A stretch of DNA of 64,000 nucleotides from Octopus vulgaris (lineage: Eukaryota), in contig OX597817.1 in assembly GCA_951406725.2 (NCBI GenBank), forward strand, positions 89,652,001 through 89,716,000, in the 5' to 3' direction. The translations under genes were made by a program, and so were the position numbers. The notes beneath the pieces are model-generated. The model was not told the DNA's origin, ran no database searches, and saw only the letters and a list, made by a program, of their open reading frames with translations. Each line of letters starts with the position of its first letter. Position 1 is the first letter of the stretch. Positions 37,500-51,599 of the stretch are shown here, piece by piece.

Positions 37500-39171
37500 C
37501 ATATTATACATGTATATATACTCACATTATTGCTACATACCTTCATATTCTTCTCCACTTAAGGTTTTGCATCATATTCAACTCAACGACATACAATCAC
37601 GATAGAGACTAGTACTTAGCTGTTATATTGAGTTTGTTGTGTTTGTTGTTTTATGTCAAGACATTGAGGACAGTAAACTGATTATCTTCCCCCTTACATT
37701 TAATAACATTTTATAACAAATTTATTTTCACTTAGTTCACACTAATCTGGTTTATATTTCAATCACTCGATACATCACAGGCTTTGAAATGGTTTCTATT
37801 GTTAAAACGTTCGTCTCAGCTTCCGATGTGTTCAGCATTTTAGGAAAATTAATCTCACATGGATGAGAGCATATGCTGTTTGAAACTTCAGTCGTGTAAC
37901 TCACTACAAATCTTTATTATAGATGACATTTTCGAAAAGCTTGTCTCAGCTGGGAAAATTTAATCAGTTGGGAAAATTTTTCGTCCCTTTTTGCTGTTTT
38001 AAACTACATTCAAAACATCTGCAAAGCTATTTCAAATGGCTGCCATTGTTGAAACGTTTGTCTTAATTTCCAACTTTGTTGATGTTTAACTTAGTTTCTT
38101 CTCTGATTGGTTAAGTGAAGGATCAAAGGTATCTGGGATATGACCACCTCATCACCTTAATTTCAGAAAAAGTGTACTCTGTACTACACAGTCTAACGGG
38201 GCCTTTCCTTCTCCAATATGGAAATGTATGGTTCGGAGGTGAGAGATTTGTCTGCTATTTTTAGTTGTTCGAAAGAAAATCAAGAACTCACTCATTGGCT
38301 TGATATATTCTGTGTTGAGAATCATGGAGTGAAATATAATACCTTTCTCAATGTACAAAGTACAAATAGTTTGCATGAATCAAACATGTAGTTTTACCTC
38401 TTGACGTCAGAAACACGAAAAGAAGCCTTATTTTCATTTTCACAACTCCGTATTTCAAAGTCGTTCGTGAAAATCAAGCATAAAAATAAAAGATAGAATT
38501 ACTGGTAGGAAAAAAATTGTCGTTTAGATTTATTTATTTATTTTTAAATTTGATTCTTTCTTCTTTGGTTTGTTTTATTTTTTTTTTATTCACAATTCAA
38601 CAGATTCTAGGACAAAAAATATCTAAACCACAACATTAAAAAAAAAGAACAAGTTTAAAAAAATCTAAAATTTAAAATTTGCATTTCATTTCATTTTATT
38701 TAATTTTATTTCATAAACATCTTTGTGAAGACAAAGGCGAGGCTAGTTTATGAATTTAGAATTTTCAAGAAGGATATCTAAATTCTTCATTTAAAAAATA
38801 AAAATAAAAATTTTTAATCGTGTTTACCAATTTCGACAATGGTCTAAGAGCGTCGGACAGCTTCTGAAGAATTTATTCAGATTCAGTTTTACCAATTCCA
38901 ACAAAGCAAGTAGCTTTAGGCTGCACTTTTGCAAATTTATTAAATAAAATTTGATATAGTTCTGTTTAGCGGAGCAAACGTGTGTATTAATATATACATG
39001 TGTGTATATATGAATGTATGTATTTGTGTGTATTTATGTATACATACGTGTATGAGTGTGGGTATGAATGTGTATGTTTATATATATATGTGTATGTGAG
39101 TATATATGTATGCATGCGTATGTATGTGTGGGGGATATGTATCTATGTATGTGTGTATGAGTGTGTATATG

Positions 39172-39203
<32 letters not shown>

Positions 39204-40323
39204 TGTGTGTGACACTGTGTATGTATATGTGCATTGGTATTCATGCATGCATGTACGTATGCATATGAACGTATGTGTATGCATGTATGCATGTGTTTAG
39301 TGCTGACACTGGAGTTGACAGTGGTGGTGTATTGGCAATAATGTTGATGGTGGTGGTGATAGTGGTGTTTGTGGTAGTGGTAGAGGCATTGAAATGTATA
39401 TGTGGTTGTTTATAGAGAGGATAAGAAACAGACAGAGACAGAGAGGGAAAGGAAGTGAAGGCCGTGGAGAAACTGTGAGAACGCGAGTGTGAGAGAAGGA
39501 GTAGTATGAGGTAGAAATGAGGGAGCAAATGACAGAGAGAAAGAGAGAGAGAGAAGGGCAGAGAGATTGGGACAGAAAGAATGTGTGTGTGTGTGTGTGT
39601 GTATGTGTGTGCGCGTGCGCGCGATTTTGTACGAGAGAGTAAGAGTGAAAGGATAGAGCGATATGTGAAGGGAGACTACCAATGTATGCGTGTGTGCATA
39701 TGTACGAGTGTGTGTGAGACTGTATGTGCTTGCGTGTGTCCGAGAAAGAGATAGAGAGAGAGAGGGGGAGGGAAAGAAAGAGAGAGAGGGAGAAAGGGAG
39801 AGAGAGGGAGAAAGGGAGAGAGAGAGAAGACTGAAAATGGAAGATAATCCAGGAACACCAACCGGAAAGACCTAAGCAGCGGCGACCATTTTGCAAACAC
39901 TTTAAGTTAGCACCTCTACAATAGAACGGATATGACTCATAATTTCAACCAACAAAAACTATTACACCACAAGTTATTTTATGTCTAGCTGTCGCCATTT
40001 ATAGAGCTTCTGCCAATGATATCGATGGAAACTATTCACACCTCTCACTTGCAAAATATTGTTTTTAACACTCCGTCAGAAAAGAAAACCTGCTTTGTAT
40101 TTACCCATACTACCTGACCAAAGCCTTGTGAGGTTGGAGAAATAATATATAGCACAATAGAATCCTATCATTCAGTTTTCAGCAAAGTAACCGAGTCATT
40201 ATTCTGGACCATTATCATGGTGTAATAGTCTAGCGAAAAACAAATATACTGGCTTTATTGGTGTTTATCTTGCCCAGGTGAGATATGAATGTGCACGACC
40301 TGTCTTCTCTCTATCTCTCTCTC

Positions 40324-40449
<126 letters not shown>

Positions 40450-41455
40450 CAGCAGCAGCAGTAGTAGCAGCAGCAGCAGCAGTTGTTGCTATTGTTGTTT
40501 GTCCCAGGGCAACCCTGATCGAACTGACTCCTGATCATGTGCAATCCACCCATTCCTATCAGTCCTCTGTTCAGACACAACTACAATATCCAATGATGGG
40601 ATATGAAGTAAACTATGACTGCTTTTGCTAGCGAGTCAAAGGAATCGCGTAGGAACTTCTTTGTTGCCTTCTGTTTGTATTGTAAAGTAATATAGTAGTT
40701 ATTGTTTACCCCACAAGGCGGCTCTGATCGAGAAAAAGCTACGATCAAGGCACAAGGAGTTCCAACAGTGATTATCCCTTCATTATTTTTTTTTTCTTTT
40801 TTACTTTTCGAGAAAGAGTACCGTATTTGATGACATATAAGACACACTTTCTTTCAGAAAAGAATATCTCAATGAGTCACTCCATATATATGCAAAGTTG
40901 GGCCTTCCAGCTTCCCTGGCGATCTTCCTCCTGAACATGAGCTGCTGAACTTGGGGTTCTTCTAATGTAGCTGTGCATCTTTTATGCCATCAAGTACAGT
41001 ATATGTGAGTATATTATCTTATTCATCTGTCATTTCCATTTTAAGGCAAGTAGATGTGATTTGAAGGTGATATGGTGACTTCAAAGTAATATTGCTTATA
41101 AGCAAAGTGTTTATATGGACCTCCCTTATTGGCATCGTATCGTGGCACTGTACTATAACACCAAAGTGTTCAAAACATTACCATTGGGTATAATAACTTT
41201 ATGAAGAATACTCTCTGCCATCATGGAGAGAGACTACTAACACAAGTTTATGCTAATGTTATACTAATATGACAACCTAACATAACGTTTTAATGTTATG
41301 CTAATTTTATTCTAATGTAAACATCGCATAATATAAATTGTTTTTCCCACACCACTTTGAAAATATTGGCAGGTCACGACAAACGAGAGAACCTTTAAGT
41401 GGTAACTCGACTTGTTACAAATAGCAGATAAATTTTCCTCGAAACACCATACCAT

Positions 41456-41852
41456 AGGCGTAGGAGTGGCTGTGTGGTATGTAGTATGCTAACCAACCAC
41501 ATGGTTCCAAGTTCAGTCCCACTACGTGGCACCTTGGGCAAATGTCTTCTACTATAGCCTCGGGCCGACCAAAGCTTTGTGAGTGGATTTGCTAGACGGA
41601 AACTGAAAGAAGCCCGTCGTATATATGTATATATGTGTGTGTGTGTATATGTTTGTGTGTCTGTGTTTGTCCCCTAACATCGCTTGACAACAGATACTGG
41701 TGTGTTTACGTCCCCGTAACTTAGCGGTTCGGCAAAAGAAATCGATAGAATAAGTACTAGGCTTACAAAGAATAAGTCCTGGGGTCGATTTGCTTGACTA
41801 AAGGCGGTGCTCCGGCATGGCCACAGTCAAATGACTGAAACAAGTAAAAGAG
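41456..41852 (+). mobile_element. CORE-like SINE, full length
   Basis: aggcgtaggagtggctgtgtgg ... tgactgaaacaagtaaaagag. Confidence 0.9.
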
Positions 41853-44800
41853 AAAAAGAGAGTATACTGTCTTAAAATAAGACACATTGGATAGAGTAGT
41901 TCTAGCAATACAACTGAAAAATAGAGAAAGTATATCATAGTTCGAAGGCCTTCTAATGATAGGTCTACTTCGATTAGTCCTGACGTAAAGTTACAAAAGC
42001 AATATGCTGTTAGATCATGCTAGTACAGGAGTTTCCCTGCAGACAAATAGAATTCTGAAGAATTGAGAATAGTTAGTCAAAGCTGTCCATTTCTGCTGCA
42101 TCCCCCATCAAACCTTTCAGTCGCACAAGAAAGAACAGGTTTGGTAAAATCAAATACTTACCATGTCTTGGGTCGGTATTGATTATTATAACATACAACC
42201 ATGTTGTTTTGTTCGTATAAGGTTGGCTTCTATTGAACTTTTCTTTCTCTTCTTTGCTTTTTCTTGAAAAAGAAAAGCTAACCGAAACGTCCAACTTCCC
42301 ACTGTTGTTTCCTTAAACTGTATAATTAATTACCTTATACTTTTGTTTTCTATTGACACGATAAAATTATTTATGGTGTACTCCTGTTTCTTATACTGTA
42401 AACTTTATTACCGAATACGCTAGTTCCTTCCTTACACAGTAAAGTTTATTACCTTGTGCTCCTGTCTTGCTTTTGCTGTTGTTTTCCTTCTTGAAACTTT
42501 TTAAATATTGATCACATGTGTTTTGTTCGGTTCCTGCAAGGCTGGGCCCAAACTCCTGGAAGTCCACACAATTTATGTCTTTATAATAATAAAGAAATTA
42601 CTATTATAGTCTGCGACGTCGTCTTTCTGTAAGTTCCAGTCTTAAACGACTATCTATCGCTCCACTAACACTACGTGGCAATGTATAAGAACATGGTCAC
42701 AAAACTGATTGAAGAACGACAAAGCTGGATCTCAGAATAATATAACTGTTCCACAACAACGACAGCAACAACAGCGAAAGCACAAACTTACTATGCACTC
42801 AAATCATTAAATTAAATTGAGAGCAATAATAATGACTTCCTAGATGGCCTCCACATCACAAATTTTGAGGTTAGGGTTTAGTTAAAAACATTTCCAATAA
42901 TTTTGATGTTTATTTCAACTAATCTAGAACTGTGGTAAGAGCATGGAATAGAAAGAGTTGTTGTGGTTGCCTTTTCCTAGAACAGTCCAGACATTCAGAA
43001 TATCCCAGCTTGTTGTTGGTTGTCATTTGGTAAGCTACAGATCTGTATGACGTCAATTTTTAACATTCGCTTTAATAATTTGGATATAGGCATAATTGTT
43101 TAGCTAAAACACTCACTCCACAAACATACGGTTCCGAGTTCGAGTCCATTACACGACAACTTTTGTAAATGTCTCTTTCAGCATAACCTTGGCTTCATCA
43201 ATACTTTACGAGTGAAATTTAGTAGACAGAAACTGTGCGGAATCCCACCGAATATACACGTGCATGTTTGTGCATGTGTGTGCGTATCTTTTGCCTATAT
43301 ATATCAGCGAAGGATATAAACAGGATATAGACATGAAACTCGCGATTTAAAAAAAAAGTTCCTTGTGGTATTTGTTCTACATCAAGCTACAAGCACTCTT
43401 GTCACTCTCATAGTCAGAAATACAGTGGAATAGTGCAATCAAATGCAACCACAGCTGCTATTGATATCAAATAAATATAAATAAATCGGTAACACCCTGG
43501 ATTGCGTGATGTTCGATGGACAATAATGACCCCCAAGAAAAGACCAATGGAGTGCTTATCTCACCATTGACCTTTTCCTGTCTATAGGCACAATATGAAT
43601 CACTCCCCGAACAGTTTCATTCCTGAAGAGGATACTCCCAAGTATTTCTGGACGACTAGCCAATTCTTGATTGACAACAGGGTACAGTACTGTATGATAT
43701 GAGAGCACACGAGAATCTGTTTTATGAGTGGATTATTTAGAGAGCCTTCGATTTGGTTCCGCTTCACGGGTTCAAGAAAATGAAAGAAGGCCACAAATTC
43801 CATTACACTGAGATGAAATTCTTTAAAGAAAGAATGGGAAAATGGTAGACTTTTTTTTACAATACTGACACGAGCCAACATCTAGCTCTACTGGGAACAG
43901 TAGCCACATTTCTTTCAAATTACCATTTTAAGAGAATGATATAGTGGACAATGTAATAGAAAGAAAAAAAATCATGCAAAAACAAGGAATTATCACCGTT
44001 GGAACACCTTTGAAAAGTCTTCTTGTTAAGAGCTGGCCAAAATGACCTCCATCACTTGTTTCAGAAAATAACAATGCAAAAAGGTTACTGAACATTAGCA
44101 TAGACAGACAAACACAGAATTTATATGGCAAAAGAAATAAATAACAGGACAAATTAATACTTTACATAGCAATATGATATTGCTTAGCAATAAGGAGAAG
44201 ACTTACAGTGCAAAAAGTACTTGTAGAGTTTATAGGTGTGACGAAATGATAGAATAAATGAATGTATTAATTTATTTTGTGCACTAAACTTTCAGTAAAT
44301 ATAAATACATCTGCGCTTCTGTGTGCGAAGAATACAAGGTGTATTTAAATCTGTCCAAAGTTTCATAGCAGAGGCTTCATTTTGATTACTTTAAATTTGC
44401 TTTAGATTTCTAATGCACACTACGCTGAGTATATATGTTTAATTATATTATCAGACTGTCGGCGAATGCATGGTGGGCATATATAATAGTTTAACCACTA
44501 CAGCTGAGTCCTGGTTTGTGTTTGATTTAAATAACGACTACTACGACTCCTGCTTGTGAGTGGATGGATGAAGGGTACTTATACATTGATGATCTGATGA
44601 GTGGTCAACTTTCTGTGAAATATGTTACGGCAATCTCTGTGTAAAAGAGACTAACAAGATGATGTATTTACATGTGTTCAAAGTTTCACTGCAAAAGCCT
44701 TAAAAGTTGTAGTTTAACCATTTTTAAAAAATCTGTTTTACACGCGCGCGCGCGCGCATACGCGCATTCACACAAGCAAACAAACACGCACATATGTATA

Positions 44801-45192
44801 CATGTGTGTCTCTGTAATGGTTATGTACTTGTGTGATTTTTATACTTATATAATGTCTTTTGTTAATAATACATTAGTATAGACCCATCTATGGAATCTA
44901 TAATTTCCGGCTTAGTTGGAAACAGAAACAAAAAATCTCAACTAATATTCAGAAACAAGCTTCAAAAACATAATTCAATCAGTCATTTGAGGACAGAGGT
45001 CCAAACACTCCGAGTAAAAATTAGCACACACACACTTAGTGAAATAAAGACTGGAATTTATGGTATTTATTTTTAATAATGCGCACACAATTCTTTCAAT
45101 ATATTACATGAGCGTAAATGTTAATATTATCATATATGTATAACATTCATAATATAACAATATGTGTATATATATATATGTGTATATATATG

Positions 45193-45252
<60 letters not shown>

Positions 45253-45357
45253 TGTTCAAGTATAATTTTCCAAGGTGGTCTCGCAGCTTGGCCGTAGTGT
45301 AATGACTGAAACAAGTTTTATATATCTGTATATATATAATCTGTATGTATTGTTATA

Positions 45358-45552
45358 ATCCTTTCCAATATAGGCACAAGGCCTGAAACTTTGCGGGAGG
45401 GGCTTAACTGGTACTTATTTTTATCGATCCTAAGCGGATACTAGGCAAAGCCAACTTGAGTGGAATTTGAACCCAGAACATAAAGACGGACCAAATGCCG
45501 CTCAGCATTTTGTCTGGTGTTTCTGCTAGCGGTTCTGCCAATTCACGGCCTT
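45358..45552 (-). mobile_element. Meta-domain-like SINE
   Basis: taggcacaaggcctgaaa ... ggaatttgaacccagaac ... ttctgccaattcacggcctt. Confidence 0.7.
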
Positions 45553-46284
45553 GCATCGGGTCACAATAAACTCAATTTTACATTAAAACGAAAAATTTCT
45601 CAATACCTTTTGTAAAATACAAATTTATTGATTTACAAGAATAGTTTCGACAATGACATCGAATACGATTCTTTTAAAATAATTATAGAGATGGCGATTT
45701 CAATTTAATTGCGTTATCCGTATTTTTTTTTTTTTTTGTCCAGGAAACTTTCCGCCATATCAGCGAACGTATCATTAATTGCTTCCTATATCCCGAAGGT
45801 AGAATTTCGTCTTCGTAAATGACAACCGGTACTCGGTTGGTGACGTCGACGAAGGTTCTAGTTGATGCGATCGACAGAACAGCCTGCTCATGATATTAAT
45901 GTGCAAGTGGCTGAGCACTCCACAGATACACGCGTACTTCTCACGAAGTTTTCAGAGAGATTCAGCGTGACACAGAGTTTGACAAGGCTAAAAAAATAAG
46001 ACAAAATATATATGTATACTAGCTTAAAAGCCGTCCAATCGGTCGAATTTTAAGCTAGCTCCTGTGGAGGGCTCTTCATTACGCTTTGGGTCCAACAATG
46101 ACACTTCATGCATTGAGTACATATCAAATTCTCTTAAACTTCAACAATATTTTTCAAGCAATGAACAATTTTCATCAAAACAATGATGTAATTTCTCGAC
46201 TTTGAATTTATTGCAAAGCTGCATGATAAACATTTTTTGTCTTCCCATTCAGGCATTAGTACAATTTTTTTCTGTCCAACTTCT

Positions 46285-46376
<92 letters not shown>

Positions 46377-47570
46377 CTTTCTGCTGATTGTTTTCAACTA
46401 TCACCATCACCAGTACAACCACCATCGCCACCACAACTGCTATACACGCACCATTCAGACTTCTGACGCCACCGCCATCAATGCCTTTGACTTCGCCACT
46501 TTCCCCTCCATCACCATCACCACTATCGTTCACATCGCTTACTCTCACTTCATCCCTCACCACCTCGGCTACCACCACCACCACCGCCATCATCATCAAC
46601 ACCGCCTCCGCTTCTATCACAACTAAATATTATACTGCTACTATCACCCCATTACCATCACAAAAAAGTTTAATGTGTGTGTTCGTTCCGTATGTTACTT
46701 CAGCATGTTGGGTTCAGTGTTCAGTCTCTCTTTCTTTCACATACCCACTCTTTCTCTCTCTCTGTCTCTTTCTTTCTCTCTCTCTGTCTCTTTCTTTCTC
46801 TCTCTCTTATTATCACTCCCACTGGCTCCATCAGCACTACTACTTTTAATAAAAAACATCAACTCTCCCTAAATGTCTTTGCCTCTCTTTCTCTCTCTTT
46901 CTTTCTTTTTACCTCCCTGTCTGTCATCGCCACTGCCATCACCAAATCTATGTCTACTATTACTCTCACCCCACTATGAGCAATAGTAGGAGTATCAATG
47001 AATAGTGAGAGAGGTGGTTGAAGTGTGACACATTGACACACAGAGATTAGTTTTCGCATCTCCTTCCTTACTTTACCACTATTGCTGTTTAGAATAACAC
47101 CTTCGCAAATTTTAAAGACATTCAAATGAGATGTCTCAAGAATTCAATCACTACTACCATACACAACGGGTCACTTTCAGGGCACTTGACCATTTAACAC
47201 ACTACTATCATGGCACTCCTGCATTCTTCTTCTTCTTCTTCTTTTTCTTCTTCTCCTCCTCCTCCTCCTCCTCCTCCTCCTCCTCCTTCTTCTTCTTCTT
47301 CTTCTTCTTCTTCTTCTTCTTCCCTACCAAGAATTCACAACGACCTCGAACCCACAAGAGTAAACAAGAGAGACAGAGACAGGCAGAAACAAGGAAAATG
47401 CCCCTTGTATTTGAATATTATGCAAATATTCCTTTAAAAAACTTTACTTTTAATTTTTCCAAAATTTAATTGCTTTCCATACTTACGGTTGAAAAAGTTT
47501 CAATGACTGAAACCGGTACTGAAATGTTTTTTATAAAATTATTTTAGCATTTTCTACCTTGACTTTTGTT

Positions 47571-47715
<145 letters not shown>

Positions 47716-47723
47716 TGTGTGTG

Positions 47724-47755
<32 letters not shown>

Positions 47756-48301
47756 CATACAAACATACATACACATTGAAGTACCCATGTGCATATTGTA
47801 TGGATAGCTTTCTTCTTAAAGATAAACCGGCATTCGCTGAAATGCTCGTCGAAGATACAGCTCGGATTTAATCCATTTTATACACTAAATATATATGTAT
47901 ATGTGTGTGTTTGAATGCATATGAATACATGTGTATATATACCATTGTTTTTATGCAAAACTGACATAAGTCCAAAACGTTGCATTTTCAGAAAACGAAA
48001 AATAGTTCCATCATTCCATAGCAAAACCGTTGTACTACACTTTGACAATTTTTGATATCTTGGCATCAGAAACAGCTGGAGATACTATAGTTTGACCAAA
48101 AGAATCGGCTATTGCAAGCAAAAATAAATATTGCAAAAAATGCTTTTGGTCAAATTTGGACATACGACAGTTTAACATAATATCGACGATATATATGGTG
48201 ATAGATACATATATGTATGCATGATGCATTCTCAATAACACAATTCTACAGACACAAATATATACAACTCCCCTCACATTCCAACCCTACTACTACTGCT
48301 G

Positions 48302-48343
<42 letters not shown>

Positions 48344-48804
48344 TTGAAACTCCCACCACTACCACTACATCACCATTATTAGCCATTACACCCCCCACCT
48401 CAATGGATGTTCATCTTTCCTCACCTTTGCTGCCTTTTGCTGACCTCCTTTATCTCCTACGGCGACCGTTTGACGGCTTTGGTGTTCTTCCAAAGGCAGT
48501 CATTGTAATAGGAACATCCCAAGTATCTGTGTGTCTGCACACGTATATGTGTAATGTCTATGCTTTGGCAGGTGTGTGTTTTCACGCGTGTGTTATCATG
48601 CGTCTATGCAAGCTCGTTATTTATTTGAGTTATACTGTAGTGGGTAATATATTATGTCTGTATTTCGTGAGTGTGTCTATGTTATCTGTGATTTGGTTAA
48701 TATGTGAGTATAGATGTAAGTATATATATATATATATATATATACATGTGAGTATTTTCCATGAATGTGTGAGTGTGCGCGCGCGCGCGTGTGTGTGTGT
48801 AATC

Positions 48805-49413
48805 GTCACTAAAATGACAGAGGATACAAAGTGGTGCCTGCATTGCTAGAAATAATAGTCAAAACGACTCATTAGCCACAAAAGCACTATCTTAGTAAGT
48901 TGACAAAGGAAACAAAGTTCCCTATAGCCGTATCACATGATTTCGAATATCGATGCATAGCATCTTAATGTTTGTCGTCTCGTAAACTTATAGAAAAACC
49001 GTGCTCCTTTCAAGAACGGTAGAAGTGTAAAGTATAAATAATGTGGGTGGCCTATTAGCAATTTAAAAACCTAAAGGATAATTTATAGACATCACTAAAG
49101 TGACAGAAGGTACAACGTGATACCAACATTGCTAAAAAGAAGACTCAAAACAACTCATTAGCCACAAAAGCACTATTTTAGTAATTTGACGAGAAAGATA
49201 CTCTGCATCAAAATTCGAAATCACGCGATATGGCTTTATCTGCGACCGTAGGGATCTTTGTTTCCCTTGTCACCTTACTAAGATAGTGCTTTTGTGGCTA
49301 ATGAGTCGTTTTGATTCTTATTTCTATCAATGGTGGTACCACTTTGTACCCTCTGTCACTTTAGTGGCGTTTATAAATTTGCCTTTAGGTTTTTATACTG
49401 TTAATAAGCCACC

Positions 49414-49417
<4 letters not shown>
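48805..49417. repeat. Cluster of three related ~150-200 bp repeats, two direct and one inverted
   Basis: actcattagccacaaaagcactat at ~48867 and ~49153; its reverse complement at ~49283-49307. Confidence 0.85.
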
Positions 49418-49446
<29 letters not shown>

Positions 49447-49543
49447 CGGGAAGCTTTATGAAAATAAACAAAAGACGAAGGCAGGTGGAAAACAAACGAA
49501 CAATTGTATTAGTATGGCGCTCAGGAAATATAAATAAAACAAG

Positions 49544-49581
49544 TCTTTAACGTTTCGAGCCTACGCTCTTCAACAGAAAGA
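49544..49581 (-). ncRNA. Minimal type-I hammerhead with variant core CUGUUGA
   Basis: UCUUU CUGUUGA A GAGC guag GCUC GAA ACG UU AAAGA. Confidence 0.65.
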
Positions 49582-50403
49582 TACAGAGAGAGAAAAACAC
49601 AGAAAGAAGGAGAGAAAAAAAATGCGTGCAGTAGCTAACGAATCAACATGGCGATCTGATTTCGGCCAGAGGTCAAAGATCAAACATGAGACGCGAGAGC
49701 GAAATAAGGGGAGATAATAGGGTTGATAAAAGGGTTGAGGGACCAGCTAAAAGTGCGTGGGAGGGGTCTGGATGTGTGTATGTATAGGGTTGGTGTATGT
49801 ATTAGTATGTATAAGGGTGTGTGTGTGTGTGTGTGTATGAGAGAGTATTAGTGCGTAAGATTGGTCTGGACGTGCGTATGTATGGGGTTGGTGTATGTAT
49901 TATTATGTATTAGTACGTATTGGTATGTATAGGTATGTGTGTGTGTGTGTGAGAGAGTATAAGTGCGTATGCGGGGTCTGGACGTGTGTATGTATAGGGT
50001 TGGTGTAAGTATTAGTATGTACTAGTATGTATTAGTACGTATTAGTATGTATTAGTTGGTGTGTGTATTAGTATGGCACATCATATGTGATGTGATGTGT
50101 AAAGTCATGTGGTGTAGTGAGGAGAAGAGGGGGAGGGGGAGAAGAGGGGGGAAGAGGGGGGAGAAGGGGGAAGAAGAGGGGGAGGAGAAGGGGAAGAGGA
50201 GAGGATGGGGGAGAAGGAAGGGGAGGAGGGGGGATGAAGGAGGAAAGAGGGAGAGGGGGAGAGAGGGAGTGAGGGAGCAGAGGGAAGGGGAAGAGGGAGG
50301 GAGAAAGAGGGAAGAAGGGAAGGGGAGTAGGGGTGAAAGGATGAAGGACTGAAGAAGTAGGGGTCGGGGGGAGAAAGGATAGGTGAGGAGGGGAGAGAGG
50401 GGG

Positions 50404-51035
50404 GTTAGATGAGGAGGGGGGAGAGTTGAGACCAAATGGCGTATAAGAGCAAAGAGAGAAGATTAATTCCTGTTCACGGCGCAAACGGGAATCCGGATGG
50501 CCTCTGTGTAAGGACAAACCGAACACAGATAGGTGTTGCAAGGAGTGACCGGTGGAGCGGAAATGGCGTGAGACCGGTGTGTCGTTCGCAAGGTGGATGT
50601 CACGAAGGTGTTCCGCGAACCGGTCAGCCAAGCGGCGTCCCGTTTGTCCGATGTACAAGGAATTGCAGAGAGAGCAAGAGATGCAATAGATAATATTGCT
50701 GGAGGTGCAGGTGAAGGAGTGGATGATGGGATAGGGTCGATGGTGGGTGCTAGTGAGGCGGGTGGTGTTGGAGAGGTAAGGGCAAGTGCGGCAACGTGGG
50801 CGGGAGCAGGGGAACGAGCCGGGTTGGGAGGTAGGGTCAGGGAAGGAGCTATGGACCAAAAGGTCTCGAAGGTTGTGGGCTCGTTTGAAAGAGGGGAAGG
50901 GTCGGTTAGGGAAGAGGTGTGAAGTGGACGGGTCGGACTGGAGATGACGGAAAGCTCGAAGAATGGTGCGTTGGAGACGTAGGGTCGTGGTGTGGTAAGT
51001 GAGGGGAAAAGGGAGGCGGGAGACTACAGGGCGGG

Positions 51036-51036
<1 letters not shown>
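50404..51036 (-). CDS. Penelope-like ORF C-terminus: linker zinc finger + GIY-YIG endonuclease (partial)
   Basis: RLPFPLTYH..LQSDP..FKRAHNLRDLLVHS, CSRPRCRTC, FTCTSSNIIYCISCSLCNSLYIGQTGRRLADRFAEH, VSRHF, RLRREQELI, PFGLN. The Pro/Ser-rich extension in the ORF track is read-through into low-complexity UTR. Confidence 0.9.
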
Positions 51037-51070
<34 letters not shown>

Positions 51071-51421
51071 CAATATTTTGGACTAATGGGTATATATCAA
51101 TTAGTATGTTGATGCGTTGAGTAAAGCACTGGCACGGTTTAGACTACCTGGTGACATCCGCAGTTTGAGTATATTTCCCTTGGATCTACTTCAGAAATTC
51201 CGCCAAATCCATCTTCTGGTTAAGTCTTTTGTGGTGCTTTTGCGGCTTTAATAAAAAAGCAAATTACTCTATCTTCGGTATTCGAGTACTGTTTTTTCCC
51301 ACCTTTATGTGCTTACTTGCGTATATATATGTATGTGTGTGTGTGTGTGTGTGCGTGTTTGTACATACATACATATATATATACATACATACATACATAC
51401 ATACATACATACATACATACA

Positions 51422-51457
<36 letters not shown>

Positions 51458-51599
51458 TGTGTGTGTATACAAACCCACACATACATACATACATACATAC
51501 ATACATACATACATACATACATACATACATACATACATACATTCACATATCCATATACTCACACACACGTCTGTGTGTGTTAGAAATAGAAAATAGACA

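Larger units (their letters stand above)
49443..51036 (-). mobile_element. 5'-truncated Penelope-like element (Neptune-like)
   Basis: GIY-YIG ORF, pyrimidine-rich 3' region and terminal minimal hammerhead; (TA)n on both flanks. Confidence 0.9.

Noticed and set aside
39835-40005. ETS-like (CCGGAA) and YY1-like (GCCATTT) motifs suggesting a promoter
   Set aside because: Short motifs expected by chance; no downstream exon or transcript evidence.
50068-50403. Pro/Ser/Leu-rich C-terminal extensions of the Penelope ORFs (also 59399-60090)
   Set aside because: Read-through into pyrimidine-rich UTR; the two copies diverge there and homology ends at PFGLN.
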